This document shows positions 1 to 10,569 of a stretch of 64,000 nucleotides of DNA, piece after piece. The DNA is taken from IMG/VR virus record IMGVR_UViG_3300033995_001164, positions 124,001-188,000 of that record; one strand, 5' to 3'. The notes below the pieces were generated by a model. The model ran no database searches. It was not told where the DNA came from and saw only the letters and a list, made by a program, of their open reading frames with translations. Position 1 is the stretch's first letter, and each line of letters starts with the position of its first letter. The translations under genes were made by a program, and so were the position numbers.

Positions 1-2325
1 ACCAAGTCCTTTAACAATGTTGTTAACTTCCGATTCAACATTTAACTTAATTAATTCATCAATTTGATTAGAATTTGCTCTAATTAATCCGGAATAATGT
101 GATGTTAAAAATTGTCGTTCCCAAATTTCATAAAAGAATTTAACCTCTTCTTTATTGACATATGGTAATCCCGCAGATGGAAACTCAATTGCATTTATAT
201 TAATTCGATTAGTATCTCTTTCATTATCTAATGGTGGCGGGGCAATCGGAATTGTAAATTTTTGAGTTAGTCCCTTCATATACTCTTCGACAAATTCAAC
301 TTCAGGCCATTTATCAAAAAGATAACCTTGTGTTAAGTTAACAACTGTTGGGTCAGCAATATATTTTAATTGAAATCTTCCTTTTTTATCTTCGGGTGTT
401 TCAACAAAAAATAATGGCCATGGATATACCGGTTCTTCCGAATTCGATAAACCTTGATTAGATTCTTTGGCACTAACAGATATTGGGACTTTCTGTCTCG
501 TCTCAGAACTTTGAGCAGAAGACGGATTATCCATAATGGCTTGTTTTCTAACAGGGTCATATTTTACATTCCAAGCATTAGTATGAACATCATCTAATAA
601 TCTAATAAACGCCTCTGCAGATGCCATAACAACTGCAATCATATTTCTAACTGTTGGTTTAAATCCAAGACCACTGTCAGTGTCTTCAATTTTTCTTAAC
701 AATTCCGCAGAAATTGATGATTCATATTCTGATAATTTTTTATTTGCATCAGTCTCTAATAAAGATATCTGACCATCAAATCTATTCGTCCCTTCAAAGA
801 TAAAAAAACTTGGTGCCAATACTTCTGATTTTGAAATTACAGGAAGTTTTGTTTGATATAATTGTTCTTTAAAAGCATTTATGTCATCTTCTGTCGGTAA
901 TACTTTACCTGTTTGTAACCTTACTGTTTCTTTCCAATTGATAGCACCATCAACTGGTGGGTCAATTTTAAGAGTGTTAAATTTAATAGGATTTGGAATT
1001 GGGGATTCCCCATTTTTACCTAAAGTTTCATTTTCAGATAAAGCTTTGTTAAATTTATCAACATAACTTTCCAATAATTTACCGGCAGTTTCTTTTTCCC
1101 CCAAGGTTAATTTTTTATAAACATAAACTTTTTCATTTGTATTATTTAACACAATTGGTTTTGGGTCAATATAGGTATTAAACCATGAAATGTTTGTTCC
1201 CCTAATCGCAGAAAAATATTGTTTTAATATTTCTTTATAATTACGAATATTAGTAAGAGGCATAACCTTCGCTTTAGGAAATTTATCCATAATACGATTC
1301 TCAAATGTACTCAACTTAGTCATCAATTGGAATAATGTTAATTCCGGTAAATCAGCCGGAATTAATCCTTTTGCCTTATATTCACTATAAACCTCAACAA
1401 TTTTTTGATAACCCTTTTCCGAAACTATTTGAGTAACAACAGAGTTATCACTTTGAGAATTATTCTGTGAAATAACTCCTTGAGCCTTTGATTGTGATTC
1501 TGCCGTCTTATTAGATTCCTGTGTTCCTGTAGGAGATGTCGAAATATTAAATGTTTGACCATACATGTGTGGTACTGCCATTAAATGTCCCATTGATATT
1601 TCATTTAAGACATTAAACTTGTATCCTTTAAATTGTAAATCCACTTGATAGTTACCACTAAATGTATTAAATGTTGCATGAAATTTTTCCAAATTTAATT
1701 GATATCTAATTGCCTGTCCATAATACCCTTTTAATGTTAAATAAAAGGGTGGGTAAGGAAGATTAAAAAAAGCGGCATAAGGCGAATTATTACCCAACGA
1801 AAACAATGCTTTACCTTGAACATCCTCCAACCTCATACTAACTGAAGGTACAAAAGACGAATTAGTTGTTATATTAATTGATGTAATCCCAAGTAATCCA
1901 TTATCAAACACATTTGTTAAATTGGCCGGAGAACTGATTGAATATGCCTGATTACCGTCATTAGTCGGAACTGTCTTTTCCATCATTTGATTATCACCAT
2001 TAAACTTAGTTGAATTATTACCTGTCAATTCATCGTAATACCCAACCCCTAAAAAACTATCTTTGGTTGGTTTTAAAAAATTCATCTTGGCAACTGATAT
2101 AGTTCTAATTCTATCTTCAGGACTTGCACCAACTGCAAGTTTAGTTCTTGGAAGAACTTCCGCCTCCAAATTTGCAAACATTACTAAACTCTCATGGTCT
2201 ATTAATCTTTCTTGTATTTTCCCTTGTGAATCTATTGTTTTATTAGGGTCAACTACAATAATGTTATTGTAATCAAACTCAACTAATATATCTCCGCTGT
2301 TGTCCGCTCTTAAGTTACCTGCCAT
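1..2325 (-). CDS. Large virion/baseplate-associated hypothetical protein (3' end outside window)
   Basis: Missing from the ORF track because it runs off the edge. ATG at 2325 overlaps the end of the upstream gene and reads MAGNLRADNSGDILVEFDYNNIIVVDPNK...; spot-checked frame is open at the window edge (...DELIKLNVESEVNNIVKGLG). Co-oriented with the baseplate genes. Confidence 0.8.
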   Translation of the reverse strand, partial: MAGNLRADNSGDILVEFDYNNIIVVDPNKTIDSQGKIQERLIDHESLVMFANLEAEVLPRTKLAVGASPEDRIRTISVAKMNFLKPTKDSFLGVGYYDELTGNNSTKFNGDNQMMEKTVPTNDGNQAYSISSPANLTNVFDNGLLGITSINITTNSSFVPSVSMRLEDVQGKALFSLGNNSPYAAFFNLPYPPFYLTLKGYYGQAIRYQLNLEKFHATFNTFSGNYQVDLQFKGYKFNVLNEISMGHLMAVPHMYGQTFNISTSPTGTQESNKTAESQSKAQGVISQNNSQSDNSVVTQIVSEKGYQKIVEVYSEYKAKGLIPADLPELTLFQLMTKLSTFENRIMDKFPKAKVMPLTNIRNYKEILKQYFSAIRGTNISWFNTYIDPKPIVLNNTNEKVYVYKKLTLGEKETAGKLLESYVDKFNKALSENETLGKNGESPIPNPIKFNTLKIDPPVDGAINWKETVRLQTGKVLPTEDDINAFKEQLYQTKLPVISKSEVLAPSFFIFEGTNRFDGQISLLETDANKKLSEYESSISAELLRKIEDTDSGLGFKPTVRNMIAVVMASAEAFIRLLDDVHTNAWNVKYDPVRKQAIMDNPSSAQSSETRQKVPISVSAKESNQGLSNSEEPVYPWPLFFVETPEDKKGRFQLKYIADPTVVNLTQGYLFDKWPEVEFVEEYMKGLTQKFTIPIAPPPLDNERDTNRININAIEFPSAGLPYVNKEEVKFFYEIWERQFLTSHYSGLIRANSNQIDELIKLNVESEVNNIVKGLG

Positions 2326-2638
2326 AATAATAAAAATGATTTTCTAATGCCCCCTTATAGTCCTGTAATGAAGGTAGTAAAGGAAAAGGAATTATCAATA
2401 TACTACCATCCGGTATAGTATTCTCTAAACCACCATATTGAGGATTAGCTTGGAGAACTAACCATCCGAAATAAGGTGAGTTATAATAATCCTGAGATAC
2501 TTTATCCAATCTACTTCTACCAACTTTATATATAAATGCCTTATCGGTTGGTTTTTGAGGTAATTGCACGTAAGGTACAACGGTTTGTTCACCGTTAATT
2601 AAAAATTCACTATATCTGTTCCAATATTGAAATGCCAT
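2315..2638 (-). CDS. LysM-like baseplate/tail protein (P2 gpX / T4 gp53-like)
   Basis: 107 aa; RLDKVSQDYYNSPYFGWLVLQANP...GSILIIP fits the LysM-like baseplate wedge pattern; sits in the baseplate cluster. Confidence 0.7.
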   Translation of the reverse strand: MAFQYWNRYSEFLINGEQTVVPYVQLPQKPTDKAFIYKVGRSRLDKVSQDYYNSPYFGWLVLQANPQYGGLENTIPDGSILIIPFPLLPSLQDYKGALENHFYYYGR

Positions 2639-5600
2639 TAATTAAGTTTTATTTTTGATATGTATGCTCCCGCAGAAACTCCGTCTTCAGAATTCCATTT
2701 ATTATTGTCGGTATTTCTATTTGTTGTGTCTGATAATGTTGAAATCATAGTTTTTTGCGATTTTTTAATATCATCACTTCCATTTGTTTCTGTTGAATAA
2801 TTAAAAACTCTATCTTTTTTATCAAATGGAGTGTAAATTATATAATTTTTCAATTTGTTTTTTTCAACATAATTAATAAACTCTTTAGTAATATTATTTT
2901 CACTAACGAATAAAGGTCTAGTTTGAGTCACCCAATAGTTATCGAATTTAGATTCTACATCATCAAAACCACCTTTTAATAAATCACTATTATTAATTAT
3001 ATTACCAATCATAGCGGTTTTAAATGTTTCATATTTTTTAATATCCACAACATCATCAGACATTATCATATAAACTCTTCTGAAGATTTTATTTTCAAAT
3101 TGGGTGTTTTTACTAAAAGGAAAAAATACTTCTTCGACTGTCGGACCTTTCATACTTTTTCCTTTATCATTTGTTTCAAATACTAAAACACCTTTATATG
3201 TTAAACCATCAGAAGGATTAACAAATTCCGATTCACTCCATATAAGTCCATTAAATTCTTTAATACCGTCATATATTTTTCGAATGTCATTAGCCAACTC
3301 AATTAATGTATTTGACGCTCCATTTGAGGTTGGGCTGACATTAGTTGTTCCACTTGTTACATAAATTTTAACCGGCCCTGATTTTACTTGATATCCGTCA
3401 GTACCACTAACATAGGTCATTGCACCATCGAATATTGTAATGTTAGCTCTTCCTATTGTTTGGATATAATTTTGTTCCGTTGTTGTAATATCTTGAGTTA
3501 TTTTTGTAATTGCGTTCTGATATGACGCTCTTTTATTTTTAATTAAATTTTTATAATTTTCTTTTAATTGACGAATCACTTTTGGTGAAAAATTACAAGT
3601 ATCGGATGACATGAATTTAATAAATCCTTCATCCCCACTTTGAATATTTGTTTGTAATTCCGCAAAAATATCATCGAATCTTTTTTCAACATTATTTGGT
3701 TTGCCAAATAAAACTGATTTCTCAGTACTAACACCAAAATTACCTTGAGTGTATGAACGTTCTACCATCCATTGTTGTCTCACAGCATTATTATATTGAT
3801 TAACACTTTCTTTTGTTTTATTTACAACTGTTTGAAAATACGTCTGAGTTTCATTCATAAATTTAACCATAAAATCAGAATAACTAATAGTACCTGTTTC
3901 ACTGGTTTCCGTTACAACATTTGTAACTGTCACACCTATAGTACTATTATTACTTTGTCCATTCTCAACCGCCGCTTGATTAATTGCCGGTGCTTGAGGA
4001 GGTGATGTCATCGCTAAAAATTCTTTATCTAAAACTTTTAAGAAATCTTCTTGAGCCGTCACATCTGCTCTGTCATCCCAAATTTCAGTATTGGCATAAT
4101 AGTTGAATGTTAATGCGTTTTGTAACTTATCAATAGATTCTTTTAACCCACTCCCACCAACAAATTTAAATGATAAAGTTACATTTGCTATCATTGGTTG
4201 AATACCAATCCCTTCAGGGTTAATATCTAACGATTCATAAGCAAGACTTAAACCCTCAGGTATAATTTTAGTGTTATAAAAATCCCCGATTCGTAACACT
4301 AATACCGGTGGCGAACCAAATGAGGTATTAGTTGCGTTATTATATTGTAATTGTTGTTTACCCGCAATATCTTTAACCGTTGGGATTGTGTCTCCCGGTC
4401 TCATACATTGTTGTAAGAATGTTAAACGAGAGTTTAACCCTTCAGGTGTTGTCGAATGGAATGCAGGTTGAAAGAATTTTAACTTGTCTCTAAGATTATC
4501 ATAAACCATAGGTGTTTCAGCCTTGATAGTTTCAAAGTAGTCACATTCAGATAATAACGCTCTTAAAACTCGTTTAGTAATATTATCCCTTGGTTTCCAC
4601 TCTTGAGTAATAACTTCTTCTTTAACCGTTGAGGTAATTGTGTTCTCGGTTACTTTTGTAACATATTTAGGTGGTGGTGGGGTGTCCGGAGATGTTAAAG
4701 TTGAAACAATATTTGAAATATATGACCTTCTACATGCCATTGCACCATATGTGAAAATATCTTTACTACCAACTTGAACTTGTAATTCCGTATCACCTCC
4801 AATCACATTATTATCTTTATCAGTACAATTAATTGTTTTACCAGGACTTAACCCATCAACAGTATATGGACTTATGTTAGATGTCATTGGTTGTGTGTTT
4901 ACTGTTTCTCCACTAGCAACCCCCGGTTTAATTATTAATCTTTTAGGAGAACTTGTTATAAATTTTTTAAGTGATTCGTTTTCATTAAAAAATTTAATTG
5001 TTGACTCTATTCTTCTAGCAGATAATTGCTCGTTGTATTCAATACTTGCCGGTGCAGAACAACTTGAGTCAACACTAATAGTAACAGTACCTGTGGTATT
5101 TTGGGTTAATTGTTTGGCCAAATCAGTTACAAATTGTTTCATCACTTCATAATTTGGTGTCACAACCGTTGAAAACACTTGGCTTGTTTGTGCTGAATTT
5201 GGTTGAGTTTTGTAATAATTCTTATTTTGTTCACTAGTATATCTATCATATTCAACAGTATAATTTGGAACCGGTTGATTCTTTTTTGGATAATCATTCC
5301 CAAAATAAAACCCTAAATTTTTATATTTGTTAAAATAGTCTTTAGAATTTCCCCCTCCCCCTGATTGAGAGGTGTCATTTGGGACTTTTACCGTTTCTTT
5401 AATATATTGTGTTTGCTCCTTTGTAGTTTCTTTTGATGATATAGCTTCTTGTAATTGATACAAATCATTTGGATTAACCGTATAATATTTTTTAGCTAAT
5501 TCATATAAATCATATTTTCTACATCCAGCAAAGAATGATTCTAAAATACTATCAATTCTAACTTTATTAGTTTCATTACCCAATATTTTATCCACAACAA

Positions 5601-7692
5601 CATTTAATGCGGATGGATGGTCAACAACTATTTTCCACGTTAAATTACCCGAACGAGATGTACTTTTATATGTATAGATAGGTTCCGGTCTACCAAGGAA
5701 TTCAGTTGGGTTCCAATTTGCTTGGGTTTGTTCTGTAAAAGTTAGACCATATGGTGCAAACCACATAACTCTTCCTCCATTAGGCCCTCTTTCACATATT
5801 GGTAAATCCGCAACTGAAAAACCAGGAGTACTTGATGTTCTCCATGCTAGATTTTCTAATGAAAACATATACTTTTTAGCGTATCCATTATTCATCCCAC
5901 CAATAAGGTTTGTCGAATCTTGTCCCCCTTCTTGTTTGTTTGGTGCGATATTAAGGTTATAGGTATTATCAAACACAGAATCTGAAAATCGTCTTCCTGA
6001 TGTTGTTATACCATCTGTTTTTTGTAAATCATTATATTGTAGGTACGGTAAATCTTTTGCAAAAATACGGCAATATTCAGTTCCAACTTCTTGTCCAACA
6101 GCTCCAACGTATCGGTATACTTTAGAACCTTTAGTTATTTCTTTATAACCATCATGGAAAACTTTACTAACTTGGTCTATCGCATTACCTACATGTTGTA
6201 ATCTTCTTCCTCCTTGAGGTTGACTATTAATTAATCTCTGAGTATCATCTAAGATAGAACCCCCTTTAAAAGTTCTATTTGTTGATTCCGTTGTATTAAA
6301 TGATGATGGTTTAAAATCTTCATCTTCATTAGTAATTACTCCGCCTAAACCAACTTTTTTACCAGCATTGTCTTTATATTTTGGGGAAGTCCAAGTGAAT
6401 CCACCCTCAATACCACCTCCATTTGAATATGTTGGCCCGTTAGCACCTAATCGAATATCTTTGCTTGGTCCCTCATAAAGTTGTGATAACTCTTGAGGTC
6501 CATATACCGGTGATTGTTGTTCTTTACCAAATTGGTCAACAGGTAAATCACCACCAGGTGAGAATACTCTTGAAGGGTCAGAATTTCTTGACCCAACATA
6601 AAAATCGCTATTATTTGATAATGTTCCGGTTAAGGCGCCAGCAACTCTATCGAACACACCTCTATCATAATTTGGTTTGTATCTATTATAATCAATGTTT
6701 TTAAACAAACGTGATTTTTGACCAGCACCTGTATTATTATAAAAAATTTGTGACCCGGTTTGTCCGGCACCCAATAATTGATTAAAAAAGTTTCCAACTG
6801 TTGTTCCAGCAATTGCGTTTGTAACTTGTTGAATTGTTGTAGGTTGTCCCGGATTAATCTTTGGGTCAAAATAGGACCCCGGAATTAAACTCACGGGTAA
6901 AATACTACCACCTAAACGAAGTGCAAAATCAGCAGCGGCCGTTATTGGATTTGACGGAACTGAAATTTGCCAATTTGGTTCTAATATTGGAACTTGTCCT
7001 GATAAAATATTAACCAAGTCCGTTCCACTAGTTACATTTAAAATATTAGCTCTTCCTATTGTTTCTAACCTTATTCGAGCAGCAATTCTTTCTTGAAACT
7101 CGTTTCTAAGTGTTTGAGCACCTAAACGAGCAATATATGAATCTTGACTCATAGAACCATTACTACCATTAGGATTGTTAGATAATAATATTGATAATGG
7201 TGAATAAGTCGACACAACAATTGAACCAGGATATGGTTGTCCATTACCTTGTCTATCTTGGTCAGGTCTAACCGTTTCTAAACTTGAGAATGATTCTGCT
7301 GAGTCAAACACATTTAATCCGTCAGCATAGGCATTTAAAGGTCTCCATAACCTAACTGCATCGTAACCTTCATCAACAATATGAGCATCTTGTTGTCCCG
7401 GTCCATATGACCCTTGATTTGAAACTGAATTAGTTAATCTATTTGGGTCTGGAACTTGCTCATACCCACCCTCATTACCATATCTATTTAAAGGGTATAG
7501 TTGATTGGCTAATGAAGGAACATCAATAAGTTGGTCAGGACTATCAATAACTGATAAATCTGATTGAATATGCTCATACGGAACTTGAACAGAAGGTCTG
7601 TTTGGAGATTTAGTATAAGGAACTAAATTTCTTGTTATTAATTTCTTTCTGAAACCATCCGAATTTACGTAATCTAATGGACTGTTTGACAT
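2638..7692 (-). CDS. Giant baseplate / tail-tube-initiator-like protein with internal OmpA-C-like domain
   Basis: 1684 aa. Tube-initiator-like segments (FTEQTQANWNPTEFLGRPEPIYTYKSTSRSGNLTWKI; PPVLVLRIGDFYNTKII...ANVTLSFKFVG) flank an OmpA-like motif (YFGNDYP...SCSAPASIEYNEQLSARRIESTIKFF). Directly follows the tape measure gene. Confidence 0.6.
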   Translation of the reverse strand: MSNSPLDYVNSDGFRKKLITRNLVPYTKSPNRPSVQVPYEHIQSDLSVIDSPDQLIDVPSLANQLYPLNRYGNEGGYEQVPDPNRLTNSVSNQGSYGPGQQDAHIVDEGYDAVRLWRPLNAYADGLNVFDSAESFSSLETVRPDQDRQGNGQPYPGSIVVSTYSPLSILLSNNPNGSNGSMSQDSYIARLGAQTLRNEFQERIAARIRLETIGRANILNVTSGTDLVNILSGQVPILEPNWQISVPSNPITAAADFALRLGGSILPVSLIPGSYFDPKINPGQPTTIQQVTNAIAGTTVGNFFNQLLGAGQTGSQIFYNNTGAGQKSRLFKNIDYNRYKPNYDRGVFDRVAGALTGTLSNNSDFYVGSRNSDPSRVFSPGGDLPVDQFGKEQQSPVYGPQELSQLYEGPSKDIRLGANGPTYSNGGGIEGGFTWTSPKYKDNAGKKVGLGGVITNEDEDFKPSSFNTTESTNRTFKGGSILDDTQRLINSQPQGGRRLQHVGNAIDQVSKVFHDGYKEITKGSKVYRYVGAVGQEVGTEYCRIFAKDLPYLQYNDLQKTDGITTSGRRFSDSVFDNTYNLNIAPNKQEGGQDSTNLIGGMNNGYAKKYMFSLENLAWRTSSTPGFSVADLPICERGPNGGRVMWFAPYGLTFTEQTQANWNPTEFLGRPEPIYTYKSTSRSGNLTWKIVVDHPSALNVVVDKILGNETNKVRIDSILESFFAGCRKYDLYELAKKYYTVNPNDLYQLQEAISSKETTKEQTQYIKETVKVPNDTSQSGGGGNSKDYFNKYKNLGFYFGNDYPKKNQPVPNYTVEYDRYTSEQNKNYYKTQPNSAQTSQVFSTVVTPNYEVMKQFVTDLAKQLTQNTTGTVTISVDSSCSAPASIEYNEQLSARRIESTIKFFNENESLKKFITSSPKRLIIKPGVASGETVNTQPMTSNISPYTVDGLSPGKTINCTDKDNNVIGGDTELQVQVGSKDIFTYGAMACRRSYISNIVSTLTSPDTPPPPKYVTKVTENTITSTVKEEVITQEWKPRDNITKRVLRALLSECDYFETIKAETPMVYDNLRDKLKFFQPAFHSTTPEGLNSRLTFLQQCMRPGDTIPTVKDIAGKQQLQYNNATNTSFGSPPVLVLRIGDFYNTKIIPEGLSLAYESLDINPEGIGIQPMIANVTLSFKFVGGSGLKESIDKLQNALTFNYYANTEIWDDRADVTAQEDFLKVLDKEFLAMTSPPQAPAINQAAVENGQSNNSTIGVTVTNVVTETSETGTISYSDFMVKFMNETQTYFQTVVNKTKESVNQYNNAVRQQWMVERSYTQGNFGVSTEKSVLFGKPNNVEKRFDDIFAELQTNIQSGDEGFIKFMSSDTCNFSPKVIRQLKENYKNLIKNKRASYQNAITKITQDITTTEQNYIQTIGRANITIFDGAMTYVSGTDGYQVKSGPVKIYVTSGTTNVSPTSNGASNTLIELANDIRKIYDGIKEFNGLIWSESEFVNPSDGLTYKGVLVFETNDKGKSMKGPTVEEVFFPFSKNTQFENKIFRRVYMIMSDDVVDIKKYETFKTAMIGNIINNSDLLKGGFDDVESKFDNYWVTQTRPLFVSENNITKEFINYVEKNKLKNYIIYTPFDKKDRVFNYSTETNGSDDIKKSQKTMISTLSDTTNRNTDNNKWNSEDGVSAGAYISKIKLN

Positions 7693-7743
7693 CTATGACT
7701 TTTTATTTATAAATAGATTAAGGATGAGTTTTTATATTAAAAC

Positions 7744-9549
7744 TTAAGCGGAATAAGTTTTTGAAATAGGTTCTCTATTAGAGTCGGTTGGAGATGCTAC
7801 TCTGGCAATATAATCTTTAAATGAATTACTATTAAACGCGGTATCAAAAGATTGTTTTAATTGCTCAGTTGAAATCCCTAAAGGTGCCGTAACATTAATT
7901 TCAAGTTTTCCTCCTATATCTATTTTTGAATTTGTTGTTTGAGATGCAACATTGTTTTGGTTATTCTGTAACATTTCAACCTTATTTCCAACAGATGAGG
8001 TTAATGGAGACACAGAAGTTGACACCTTACCTCCATAAGATTCAACAACTTTATCGACAGTGCTTTTTGCTGTACTATCAATCACATTTTGATTTGTTAA
8101 CTTTTTAGAGATGTTTTCACCAATTCCTTTGAAAATTTCCGTGAAATTTTTTTGTGAGACATCCAAAGTATCACCAAATCTATTTAACCCATTTGCAAGA
8201 ACATCAGTAAGTGGTTTATTACCTTCTTTAAAATCTGTTACAACACCACCTAACGCTGTTAAAAATCCTTCACTTACATCTCTAAAATCTTTAGTTTTAA
8301 TTGCGCCCGAGGTTTCACCAAGAACTGTTTTAGTAACTCTTTGAACTCCTGCAATACCTTGTCGAATTTGTTTTGGACTTGTTATCCCTTGTACTACAGA
8401 CTCTCTAATTGCAGCAACATTTGATAATATTGTTTTATCAATTGTTAATTGAGACATGGTCATTTCCTCAAGAGTTTTAGGACCTGTTTTTTGTTGTTCA
8501 AGTAATTTATTAAATTCATCTTGTTTTAAGTCAGATAATTCTTTTTTAGTTCCATCTTCAAGAGTTACTTTATATGTCCCACCTTCCATATTTGCAATAT
8601 TAGAAAGATATTGTTTGTCTTCCTCATTTATAAATGTTAATCCCGCTAAATTAACTGCGGATAATCTTTGGTCCATTTCAGCAGCAGCAAGACCCATTTT
8701 ACTCATCTCCGCAGCGCTAACACCTGTTTGTTTTTCCATCTCTCTAAGTGTTAGAACACCCTGAGGATTAATTTTAAAAGTCTTAGTTTTATCATCAAAA
8801 TAAGTAAATTGTTTTGCAACATCGGCCAAACTATTTTGTAATCCTGAAGGGTCATTAATCGATTGATTCATTAATTGGAATGGGTCTGCCAAATCTCCGG
8901 CAGAAACACCTAATCTTTGAAACGCTGCCGCAACCTCAACAGCTCTTTCAGGGTCTAAAACATCATTAGCCAATTTAAATGTTTCGTTCATGTTAAATCG
9001 TAACATAGATGCTTGTGCCGCCATTTTTGTTAACCCCTGAACACCACCTTCAAATTGGTATCGATTCATCTGGTCCATGTTAGTAGTAACATCTTTCATT
9101 ACCGCTTTGGTATTTCCACCAATACTTCTGATATAATTAATTGAAGATTCTAATTGTGTTCCAATTTGACCAACCCCAACTCCAATGTCTAAGAAAGCAT
9201 TACTTAAAGTTTCCGCACTTCCATCAATAAGTTGTGTGGCAGCATAAAGTTTTTCAACATCTTCTGTATTTGCAATAACATTTCGTCTTGAAGCTTCAGC
9301 AATTCCACTAATTGATTCCTGAACATCTTTAACCGAACCACCTAAACGAGTAACTCTCGGTATTGCATCTGACACCGCACCCATCATTTCAGATAATCTT
9401 TCCTGGCCTTGACCAAAAGTTCTGTTAATTTCAACTGAAGTGTTGTATGCGTCCTGAATAGCCCTAGATAATGTTGTCCAATCTATCGTGGCTTCTTTTG
9501 CCAATTTCTGAGCAAAACTTAAATCCGGAGTAGTATCGCCTGTTGCCAT
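7744..9549 (-). CDS. Tape measure-like protein
   Basis: 601 aa, Ala/Gln/Leu-rich and helical in character; canonical position after the tube and chaperone genes. Confidence 0.7.
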   Translation of the reverse strand: MATGDTTPDLSFAQKLAKEATIDWTTLSRAIQDAYNTSVEINRTFGQGQERLSEMMGAVSDAIPRVTRLGGSVKDVQESISGIAEASRRNVIANTEDVEKLYAATQLIDGSAETLSNAFLDIGVGVGQIGTQLESSINYIRSIGGNTKAVMKDVTTNMDQMNRYQFEGGVQGLTKMAAQASMLRFNMNETFKLANDVLDPERAVEVAAAFQRLGVSAGDLADPFQLMNQSINDPSGLQNSLADVAKQFTYFDDKTKTFKINPQGVLTLREMEKQTGVSAAEMSKMGLAAAEMDQRLSAVNLAGLTFINEEDKQYLSNIANMEGGTYKVTLEDGTKKELSDLKQDEFNKLLEQQKTGPKTLEEMTMSQLTIDKTILSNVAAIRESVVQGITSPKQIRQGIAGVQRVTKTVLGETSGAIKTKDFRDVSEGFLTALGGVVTDFKEGNKPLTDVLANGLNRFGDTLDVSQKNFTEIFKGIGENISKKLTNQNVIDSTAKSTVDKVVESYGGKVSTSVSPLTSSVGNKVEMLQNNQNNVASQTTNSKIDIGGKLEINVTAPLGISTEQLKQSFDTAFNSNSFKDYIARVASPTDSNREPISKTYSA

Positions 9550-9578
9550 AATTTAAATAGTATTTTAATATAAATACA

Positions 9579-9602
9579 AAAGGACTGAGTTTTCAGTCCT
9601 TT
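9579..9602 (-). terminator. Intrinsic terminator
   Basis: 10-bp stem AAAGGACTGA-AAAC-TCAGTCCTTT on the minus strand followed by TGTATTT; overlaps the TGA at 9595-9593. Confidence 0.7.
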
Positions 9603-9751
9603 GTGTTATCTTCTAACCACTTATCTAATAAATATTTTCTAACGAATAGTGGCATTCCTTGAAAATCTTGATAGGTTATGTTCATTAATTTGTTCAAATA
9701 GTAGAATTCGTCTATTTGTCCTTTTCTATAATCAGAAGAAAGGACGAAAAA
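9593..9751 (-). CDS. Probable frameshift extension of the tail assembly chaperone (lambda gpGT-like)
   Basis: 52-codon +1 frame FFVLSSDYRKGQIDEFYYLNKLMNITYQDFQGMPLFVRKYLLDKWLEDNTKD*, bounded upstream by TAG, with no ATG until codon 23; overlaps the T6 run of the upstream gene. Confidence 0.6.
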   Translation of the reverse strand, partial: FFVLSSDYRKGQIDEFYYLNKLMNITYQDFQGMPLFVRKYLLDKWLEDNTKD

Positions 9752-10475
9752 ACTCTACCCCAAATCCGACATTAACTGTCATCTTTTCTCCTGATGGGGT
9801 GATTAAAACTCTACTTAAATCTAATCTTGGTTCATTTTCATTCATAAATTTTCTTATGAATTTTGAATCCATGATTGGCATTTGTTCAACAAACTTGGCA
9901 ATCTCTGATTTATCGGTACTTCCGTTCACCTCTACAATTTCTTTTTGAAGTCTCCAAGTAATTTTTGGAACTACTCTACCAACAGGGTAAGAATCTTCTA
10001 ATTTACTTATCTCTAAAATTTCACCATAACTCAAAGGTTTTAATTTAATAGTCGCCTGTGATTTTGGTAAATTAGTTATAAAGGTACCATCTTCATTAGG
10101 TGTCTGTCCATTAATAACTGATAATGTATCAAGTGTTACTGTCGCTTGAAATGGTTTTCGTGTTGATGGGTCAACTAAATTTAAATTAATTTCAGGACCA
10201 AATCCTGTATTTCTCAAAAATATTAGAACTGCCTCAACGTCTCCCTCTAACATATCCTCAACCTTAAGGTCCGGTTCATAGATTTTACTTCTTAATAGTG
10301 TTGTGGTCATATCATTACCACCAGCCATTAAAATGTTTTCATCATTTGCCGTTAGATAACCTACCTTGATAGATTTCTTTTTATTTTTGTAAAACACTCC
10401 TCCCGATGGTAGTGGTACTACATCATGTGGTAACGTAAAGTTTTGTTGTCCGTATTCGATTGCCTGATTTTCCAT
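9732..10475 (-). CDS. Tail assembly chaperone / T4 gp26-like baseplate hub assembly protein
   Basis: 247 aa; VPLPSGGVFY...LTANDENILM...GDVEAVLIFLRNTGFG, ending FGVEFFRPFF; lies between tube and tape measure genes. Confidence 0.75.
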   Translation of the reverse strand: MENQAIEYGQQNFTLPHDVVPLPSGGVFYKNKKKSIKVGYLTANDENILMAGGNDMTTTLLRSKIYEPDLKVEDMLEGDVEAVLIFLRNTGFGPEINLNLVDPSTRKPFQATVTLDTLSVINGQTPNEDGTFITNLPKSQATIKLKPLSYGEILEISKLEDSYPVGRVVPKITWRLQKEIVEVNGSTDKSEIAKFVEQMPIMDSKFIRKFMNENEPRLDLSRVLITPSGEKMTVNVGFGVEFFRPFF

Positions 10476-10477
10476 AT

Positions 10478-10513
10478 AAAAAAATAACCGTAAAGTTTAT
10501 GTCTTTACGGTTA
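10478..10513 (-). terminator. Intrinsic terminator after tail tube gene
   Basis: Perfect 11-bp stem TAACCGTAAAG / CTTTACGGTTA, 7-nt loop, followed by T7 on the minus strand. Confidence 0.8.
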
Positions 10514-10569
10514 AATATAATTAGTATTGATTTTTTATCAACACATATGTTTTTATTAGTATTAAAAAA

